Assembly: GCA_044440125.1 (NCBI GenBank)
Contig: JBITAJ010000017.1
Location: 1-64,000, forward strand
Reading direction: 5' to 3'
Origin: Sedimentisphaeraceae bacterium JB056
GTDB lineage: Bacteria > Planctomycetota > Phycisphaerae > Sedimentisphaerales > Sedimentisphaeraceae
DNA: 64,000 nucleotides
This document shows positions 57,861 through 64,000 of the stretch, piece by piece. The translations under genes were made by a program, and so were the position numbers. Within the stretch, counting starts at the first letter, position 1. Each line of letters opens with the position of its first letter. The notes beneath the pieces are model-generated. The model did not search any database and was not told the origin of the DNA. It worked only from the letters and a program-made list of their open reading frames with translations.

Positions 57861-59384
57861 ATGAAATATTTATTACTTACAATTTTACTATGTGTCAATG
57901 CGTTATTCGCAGTTGATGTAAGCTGGGATGGCGGGGGAGCAGATAACAACTGGTCAACCGCGGCGAACTGGAACAATGATACTGTTCCTGCCGATGGCCA
58001 AAGGGTTATAATTGATATAGCCAATGCCGACGTTCTGCTTGATGCAAACACTACCGCACGACCGACAAAAATACTTGGCCCCTCGAGCACTGTAGGTGCA
58101 GAGATGGCTTTGACCGTCGAAGGTGAGTTGATAAACAACAGTTACTGGTATGTAGCAAATGTCGCAGGCGGCAATGGAACTATAAATATTAATGGTGGTT
58201 TTGTTCGTACACGTGATCTTACTCTTGCGCCTGATACTGGTAGTATTGGAAATCTGAATATATATTCTGGAGAGTGTGTAGTGTATGGCGATGGTAGCGG
58301 TTTGGGATTATATTTAGGTAACGATTCGGTAACCGGTGTTAGTAATGGTCAGGCTACGGTGAATCTCTATGGCGGCTTGCTTGAAGTTTTTACTCTCAAC
58401 GCTATTGGAGGTAACGGTTGTATAAATATCACGCAGGGCGTTTTGGTGCTTAACGGAGATCAGAGGCAGACTGTCAATGATTATATAACTTCCGGGAAGA
58501 TAAGCGTTTCAGATGAAGATAATCTTATTATTGATTACGATAATATTAATGCCGGAGAAACTACTGTATATGTTTTCTCTCTTGAAGATATGATAAATGC
58601 AGCGCAGCCTGGCGATACTATTTTAATTGAGCCGGGAGTTTATGATGATCTTTCTTTTGATATCGATAAATCAATAACGCTTCAGGCAACCGGATCTGCT
58701 GAAGATACAATTTTGAATATTGTCGGTAATGGATTAGGTATTGTTGCAGATGATATTAAGATTGACGGTGTTACTTTGTCTGCTTCTCCTTTAGGTAGTG
58801 TTTATCTGCTTAAGGTAGGTCAGTCAGTTGATGGTGATAGTTACAGTGTGAATAATTTTAGTCTAACAAACTGTAAATTGGATGGTCGCGATTTATCACA
58901 GGCCGTAACATTGTTCTCAGGCACAGCTAATTGTGATATCTTGCATAATTCAATATCACAATCAACGAATGGAATTGTTGCATACGATAATTGTTCTGGC
59001 GTGCGAATTATTGATAATGATATATATGATAATATGTATGGAGTTCGCTTGATAGGTTCGACGGAATTTGTACAGTTTTTGTCGAATGGTATTTACTGGA
59101 ATTCGGTATACGCTATTGAAAATAAGACATTGCTTGAATTTAACGCAGAGAATAATTTCTGGGGGCATGAATCAGGACCTTATCATCCTGTCATAAATTC
59201 AGAGGGTCTTGGAAATCCGGTTTCTGATTATGTTAATTTTGATCCGTTCTTTTTTGGAACTATGGACGACAGGTGGCATATATGTCCTGATACGGATATA
59301 AATGGAGACTGTCGTGTTGACTTTAACGATATTTCGATCATTGCCTCCCAGTGGCTTGAATGTAATACACCTGAATGTTTTTAA
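57861..59384 (+). CDS. Secreted beta-helix (passenger-like plus NosD/pectin-lyase-like) protein with dockerin-like tail
   Basis: WDGGGADNNWSTAANW; AQPGDTILIEPGVY; N-rich repeats, AENNFWG; TDINGDCRVDFNDISIIASQWL. Confidence 0.7.
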   Translation: MKYLLLTILLCVNALFAVDVSWDGGGADNNWSTAANWNNDTVPADGQRVIIDIANADVLLDANTTARPTKILGPSSTVGAEMALTVEGELINNSYWYVANVAGGNGTININGGFVRTRDLTLAPDTGSIGNLNIYSGECVVYGDGSGLGLYLGNDSVTGVSNGQATVNLYGGLLEVFTLNAIGGNGCINITQGVLVLNGDQRQTVNDYITSGKISVSDEDNLIIDYDNINAGETTVYVFSLEDMINAAQPGDTILIEPGVYDDLSFDIDKSITLQATGSAEDTILNIVGNGLGIVADDIKIDGVTLSASPLGSVYLLKVGQSVDGDSYSVNNFSLTNCKLDGRDLSQAVTLFSGTANCDILHNSISQSTNGIVAYDNCSGVRIIDNDIYDNMYGVRLIGSTEFVQFLSNGIYWNSVYAIENKTLLEFNAENNFWGHESGPYHPVINSEGLGNPVSDYVNFDPFFFGTMDDRWHICPDTDINGDCRVDFNDISIIASQWLECNTPECF

Positions 59385-59395
59385 GAGAGGAAAAT

Positions 59396-60466
59396 ATGTT
59401 TAAGATTGATAGTGCAAAAGTCATGATAGTTATTGCAGTTTTTTCTGTTCTTCTGTGTGGAAATATATTTGCGGAATATCAAGACGTAGTTGTTTATGAT
59501 GAGCCGGGTATATTCTGCGGCTGGCCGGCTAATGAAGGAGTCTGGAGTTGGGGTGATGAGATACTTGTAGGTTTCAATGTTGCGGTATATGAATCGCATG
59601 ATGATGCTCATAATTACGATCCGAATTTCCCGATTGAAACCATACAGGCAAGAAGCCTTGATGGTGGTGTTACATGGCAAGTTGAACGACCCGAGCCTTT
59701 CGGCCTTGATGTGAAGTATCAGGAACCGCATAATGCGATCAATTTTACGCATCCTGATTTTGCGATGAAACTTCGCAACCGCAAACTTTTCTATTCTTAC
59801 GACAGAGGAAAAAAATGGGAAGGCCCGTTTTTGATGCCTAAATTCGATCAGGTGTTTGTAAGAGCAAGGACTGATTATATTATCGAATCTCAAAGCTGTG
59901 CAAAAATGTTTTTGTCGGTATCCAGACCCGACGGCATAGACGGCAGAACTTTGACTGTTGAAACCCGCAATGGCGGCAGAACGTTTGATATGCTCGGCTG
60001 GGTAACTCCCGACCCTGAAATGTTAAAAGATACGCATAGTTATGCACTGATGCCTTCAACTGTAAAGCTTGCTGAAAATACTTATCTTTCTGCGATAAGA
60101 TGTCGCGTGGCTCGAAGAAAATGGATAGATATTTACAAGACCACAGATGGTGGAAAAAACTGGACGTTGCTCAACACGGCAGTAGAGGGCCAATGGAATC
60201 CAGCTTCGATGATAAAGCTTTCTGACGGCAGAATAGCATTGACTTACGGCTGGAGAGGAGTTCCTCAGGGAATAAGGGCGAAGATCAGTGATGATGACGG
60301 CCAGAGCTGGTCTGATGAAATTATTCTGAGGGATGATGGAAATATCTGGGATCTTGGATATCCAAGAACAGTACAGCGGAGTGATGGCAAGATCGTTACT
60401 ATATATTATTATGCAACGGATGAAATGCCGCAACAGTATATAGGGGCTACTATTTGGCAGCCTTAA
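59396..60466 (+). CDS. Secreted BNR/Asp-box protein, paralog of 55096
   Basis: Shared FCGWPANEGVW.WG.EILVGF, FAMKLR, ARTDY, WD.GY, TIWQP. Confidence 0.85.
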   Translation: MFKIDSAKVMIVIAVFSVLLCGNIFAEYQDVVVYDEPGIFCGWPANEGVWSWGDEILVGFNVAVYESHDDAHNYDPNFPIETIQARSLDGGVTWQVERPEPFGLDVKYQEPHNAINFTHPDFAMKLRNRKLFYSYDRGKKWEGPFLMPKFDQVFVRARTDYIIESQSCAKMFLSVSRPDGIDGRTLTVETRNGGRTFDMLGWVTPDPEMLKDTHSYALMPSTVKLAENTYLSAIRCRVARRKWIDIYKTTDGGKNWTLLNTAVEGQWNPASMIKLSDGRIALTYGWRGVPQGIRAKISDDDGQSWSDEIILRDDGNIWDLGYPRTVQRSDGKIVTIYYYATDEMPQQYIGATIWQP

Positions 60467-60506
60467 TTATTAAAAATTTATTACTATTTTTCAAGAGGTG
60501 AATGTT

Positions 60507-62096
60507 ATGAATGAGATGCGAAAAGTTTTATTGGTAGTTTTGATGGTTGTCGCTTGCGGATTAGCGGCAGACTCAACTTGGGACGGTGAAGGTGGCGACA
60601 ATTTGTGGACAACAGCAGCCAACTGGTCTGGAGATGTTGTGCCGCCTGCAGGCAATAGAATAATGATGTCAATTGAAGATGAATGTATTCTAAGTTCAGG
60701 TTCTGTTACCCCAACTAAATTAATTCTTGGTGCCGGAACAACTGATCCCGGAGCTGTGATAACATTTAGTGGTGGTAGTTTAACTAATGGCAGTTACTGG
60801 TATGTTGGTTATGGTGCAGTTTCTACATTGAATGTCACAAGTTCTGCTTCTGTAATCACGACAAGAGATTTAAGTTTAGGAGCAAATGGCGGTAAGGGAA
60901 CTGTGAATGTTTCTGCCGGTACAATTAATGTAACAGGTACAACGAGTGATTGCTTAAAGGTAGACGGATTGAGCGTAGTGAATTTAAGCGGCGGCAGTAT
61001 TACTACAAATGTCCTTACAATTGGCTCATACGGACTCGTTGATATTTCCGGTAACGGTGTATTGACCCTTACAGGTGATCAGACCGCTTTGGCTGATACC
61101 TATATTGCCGACAGCTACATTGTTGCAGAAGGCGGTGCACTTACGGCAAGTTATATCTTTAATGGAAGCGATACGCTGATTTATTCGCCCAATAATACTG
61201 AAATACTCATGCAGGCATACAATCCTACTCCTGAGGACGGTGCTTTCGAACCTGATCCAGATGTTACGTTGAGCTGGTCGGCTGGTGTGAATACGGTATC
61301 TCATAACCTGTATTTTGGTCAGGATAACACGAATCTGCCGTTGCTTGCTGGTGGTCTTACTGTTGAGACTTACGACCTTGATGAACTTGAATTCGGTTCA
61401 GCTTACTATTGGAGAGTTGATGAAGTTAAGGCGGATACTTCCGTTGAAACAGGTGATACCTGGATGTTTACGACAAGAGGTACCTTAGCAATTGAAGAGT
61501 TCTATTATGACACCGAACCTAACCTGCTTAACGTATGGTCGGCTGGAACTAATACAACAATAGGACTTTCAGTGGATCCCGAGCCTGCGCGTGATGGAAG
61601 TGCAATGGCGATTGATTATGACAACAGTCTTGCTCCGTATTATTCTGAAGCAAGTTTCACTCCGGAACTTACCGACTTTACATTATATAACCTTGCTTCA
61701 TTTGAACTGCGTTATTATGGACTTCCTGCTAATTCTTCTGAAGATATGTATGTAACTCTGAGCGATGGCGTTAATTCTGCTACGGTTGAGCTTGGCGAGA
61801 CTGCTACACTCATCGAGGACTGGTACTTCTTCAGAATCGCTTACTCTGAATTTACTGATAATAATCCGAGTCTTGATCTTACCAATATTCAGACTGTAAC
61901 AGTTGGTGTTGGCTCAAAACTCGCTCCGACTCCGGGCGGAAGTGGAACCTTGTATGTTGACAATCTCCGCCTCTGGATCGCAAGATGTATGGAAACACCG
62001 GCTGCGGATCTTACAGGTGACTGTAAAGTTAATATTGATGACCTTGCCGAATTGGCTCAGGGTTGGACTGCTAACGGTATCTGGCCTACTGAATAA
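60507..62096 (+). CDS. Secreted multidomain protein (beta-helix-like, Ig/FnIII-like, CBM-like, dockerin-like tail)
   Basis: [71 protein letters not shown]. Confidence 0.72.
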   Translation: MNEMRKVLLVVLMVVACGLAADSTWDGEGGDNLWTTAANWSGDVVPPAGNRIMMSIEDECILSSGSVTPTKLILGAGTTDPGAVITFSGGSLTNGSYWYVGYGAVSTLNVTSSASVITTRDLSLGANGGKGTVNVSAGTINVTGTTSDCLKVDGLSVVNLSGGSITTNVLTIGSYGLVDISGNGVLTLTGDQTALADTYIADSYIVAEGGALTASYIFNGSDTLIYSPNNTEILMQAYNPTPEDGAFEPDPDVTLSWSAGVNTVSHNLYFGQDNTNLPLLAGGLTVETYDLDELEFGSAYYWRVDEVKADTSVETGDTWMFTTRGTLAIEEFYYDTEPNLLNVWSAGTNTTIGLSVDPEPARDGSAMAIDYDNSLAPYYSEASFTPELTDFTLYNLASFELRYYGLPANSSEDMYVTLSDGVNSATVELGETATLIEDWYFFRIAYSEFTDNNPSLDLTNIQTVTVGVGSKLAPTPGGSGTLYVDNLRLWIARCMETPAADLTGDCKVNIDDLAELAQGWTANGIWPTE

Positions 62097-62111
62097 TAAA
62101 TTTGTTTATAC

Positions 62112-62152
62112 GGTTCGGTATTGGTATAATGGATATCAGTACCGAACCTTTT
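62112..62152 (+). terminator. Intergenic hairpin before the second pseudopilin gene
   Basis: ggttcggtattggtat-aatgg-atatcagtaccgaacc followed by tttt. Confidence 0.75.
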
Positions 62153-62188
62153 AGTGAGAGTATTAATATAGAAATGAATGGGTACGAA

Positions 62189-63028
62189 ATGAGATTGTTA
62201 AAGAAACAACATGGTTTTACTCTTATAGAGTTGCTGGTCGTAATTTCTATAATTGCTATTTTGATGAGTATCTTGATGCCTGCACTTGGTAAAGTAAGAG
62301 AGCAGGCCAAGGAGACTTTATGCAAATCTAACTTGCGTCAGAACAGTCTTTGCTTTGATATGTATCTTCAGGATAATAATTACAAGTATTTCACCTGTTA
62401 TGGTTTTCTTGACAGCAATGGCGATATCGGAAATAACTGGTTTCATTCGATAATGGAATATATGGGTGGTGATTATAATGAGAAGCTTCTCATGTGTGCA
62501 GCTACCAGTGCAAAGAAGGTTCAGGGTGAAAATGAAACACTGATTGACCCTAAAAGCGTCTATGACGGCAGCGTATGGCATGAGGATATATCATTGTTTT
62601 CTTATGGTCTTAATGATTGGGTCCTGAGTGCATGGAATGGCGAAATCATACCTAACAATGTGAAGCAGTATTCATGGAAAACTTCAATGGTGAAAGAAGT
62701 GTCACCTTCAAGAATACCTGTTCTCGGAGATGCAAGTTACCCTGTTGCTACTGATGTTAGATTTCTGATGACTCCACCTGCAGTGCCGGATTATGGAGAT
62801 CATTTCTGGAAGAATTCAAGTGCTTCAGGGCAGCAGATGAAAAGATTCTGTCTTGATAGGCATAATCTTGCAGTTGACTGGACATTTATGGATGGTTCAG
62901 TTAAGAAAGTCGGACTAAAGCAGCTTTGGGAATTACCATTCCACAAAGGTTGGAATCCGAACGATTTTGATGTAGAAAATATCCGCTGGAAAGACTGGAT
63001 GGCCAATAGCAAGGATTATTCTTTGTAA
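62189..63028 (+). CDS. Prepilin-type N-terminal cleavage/methylation protein with H-X9-DG motif
   Basis: [33 protein letters not shown]...[20 protein letters not shown]. Confidence 0.92.
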   Translation: MRLLKKQHGFTLIELLVVISIIAILMSILMPALGKVREQAKETLCKSNLRQNSLCFDMYLQDNNYKYFTCYGFLDSNGDIGNNWFHSIMEYMGGDYNEKLLMCAATSAKKVQGENETLIDPKSVYDGSVWHEDISLFSYGLNDWVLSAWNGEIIPNNVKQYSWKTSMVKEVSPSRIPVLGDASYPVATDVRFLMTPPAVPDYGDHFWKNSSASGQQMKRFCLDRHNLAVDWTFMDGSVKKVGLKQLWELPFHKGWNPNDFDVENIRWKDWMANSKDYSL

Positions 63029-63055
63029 AGGTAACAGATACAGAGTGAGAGAAGT

Positions 63056-64000
63056 TTGGAAAAAGTCTTAAACCCAAAGCGTAAGAAAGTTGCCGTACTT
63101 ATTGAAGCGGTGCGAGGTCATGAAAGGGCCTTGCTTCGAGGTATTGGTAAGTATGCACGTACGCAGGGCAGGTGGGTTTTCTATCTCAATAAGCTCGATC
63201 CTTTCTACCGCAGGGGGAAGTTCAAGGACGATGTCCTTATCAGCCGTCTTTTGAAGTGGGGTGTTGACGGTGTAATAACCCGTTATCCCGGGCAGATTGA
63301 GAATTTTACAAAGATAGGTATTCCTGTTGTGTCTGCAATTCAGGAAGAGTTTGAGCAGGACGACTATAATATCATAGAGATCAATAATGATGCGGTCGGT
63401 GTGATGGCGGCGGAACATTTCATAGCAAGAGGTTTCAGGCATTATGGGTTCTGCGGTTTTACCGAGATGTTCTGGTCGAATAACAGGTGTGAAAGCTTTA
63501 CCCGAAGACTTAATGAGGCCGGATACGAGGTCTCGAATTATGAACAGTCCAGGCCGCTTAAATATTTGTCGTGGGATATCGAGCTTGCCGCGATAACGAA
63601 GTGGCTTGAGCAGTTGCCAAAGCCTGTTGCTATACTTGTTTGTAATGACGACAGGGCTGAGCATATAATAGAGGGCTGCAAGCAGGCAGGTCTTAATATA
63701 CCTGAAGATGTGGCTGTTCTTGGTGTTGATAATGACGAGTTCATTTGCGAGTTTTCCGATCCGCCGCTTTCGAGTGTGGTTATAAACAGCGAGAAGGGCG
63801 GATATGAAGCCGCTGAGCTGCTTGATTCGTATATGAACGGCCGCAGAGAGATTAAGAGCAAGATTGTTATTGATCCAACGCATATCGTTGAGCGGCAATC
63901 TACCGATATTCTTGCGATTGAGGATCGTGATGTCGCCAAGGCGATAGCTTTTATCAGAAATAATTCCGATCGTATTATTCAGGCCGAAGACGTTGCTGAT
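63056..64000 (+). CDS. XylR-type regulator (LacI-like sensor plus AraC HTH), truncated by the window edge; absent from the ORF track
   Basis: Hand translation from TTG: EKVLNPKRKKVAVLIE..LLRGI..YA..; WLEQLPKPVAILVCND, IPEDVAVLGVDND, RQSTDILAIED. Confidence 0.9.
   Translation, partial: MEKVLNPKRKKVAVLIEAVRGHERALLRGIGKYARTQGRWVFYLNKLDPFYRRGKFKDDVLISRLLKWGVDGVITRYPGQIENFTKIGIPVVSAIQEEFEQDDYNIIEINNDAVGVMAAEHFIARGFRHYGFCGFTEMFWSNNRCESFTRRLNEAGYEVSNYEQSRPLKYLSWDIELAAITKWLEQLPKPVAILVCNDDRAEHIIEGCKQAGLNIPEDVAVLGVDNDEFICEFSDPPLSSVVINSEKGGYEAAELLDSYMNGRREIKSKIVIDPTHIVERQSTDILAIEDRDVAKAIAFIRNNSDRIIQAEDVAD

Noticed and set aside
36324..62096. Cellulosome
   Set aside because: Only single dockerin-like repeats; no cohesin scaffoldin or recognisable cellulase in the window
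63068..63939. Minus-strand ORFs of 276 and 133 aa
   Set aside because: Antisense to the XylR-type regulator that runs off the window on the plus strand

Overview
Bacterial chromosomal window, most likely a Planctomycetota (Phycisphaerae/Sedimentisphaerales-like) anaerobe. This is inferred from the short ~107-nt 5S rRNA, H-X9-DG prepilin-like proteins, C-terminal dockerin-like motifs, several sulfatases, PPDK and HydE. Layout: (1) end of an rRNA operon, nusA-infB-rbfA, phoBR-like pair, dapB, ppdK (1-12.6 kb). (2) A minus-strand, apparently co-transcribed cluster of unknown function: rhomboid-like, PflX-like radical SAM, small ORF, Ycf46-like AAA ATPase, DUF1257-like, DUF2997-like, zinc-ribbon/S26-like, TPR and PilT-like ATPase. 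Both protease-like members seem to lack their catalytic residues (12.8-19.7 kb). (3) Mixed genes: hydE, ribF, an orphan RelB-like antitoxin, an AT-rich cyclase-like gene, a sugar isomerase/mutarotase pair bracketed by heptamer-repeat hairpins, a V4R protein plus soluble hybrid kinase, and tRNA-fMet (19.9-34.7 kb). (4) A >28-kb plus-strand glycan-utilisation locus with no SusC/D: AraR-like and XylR-like regulators, two pseudopilin-like genes each preceded by a dockerin-tailed secreted protein and a hairpin, GH-like proteins, sulfatases, BNR-repeat proteins, GH78, an esterase and an SSS transporter (35-64 kb). No CRISPR array, transposase or integrase was seen. All family calls come from motif recognition by eye, without database searches.
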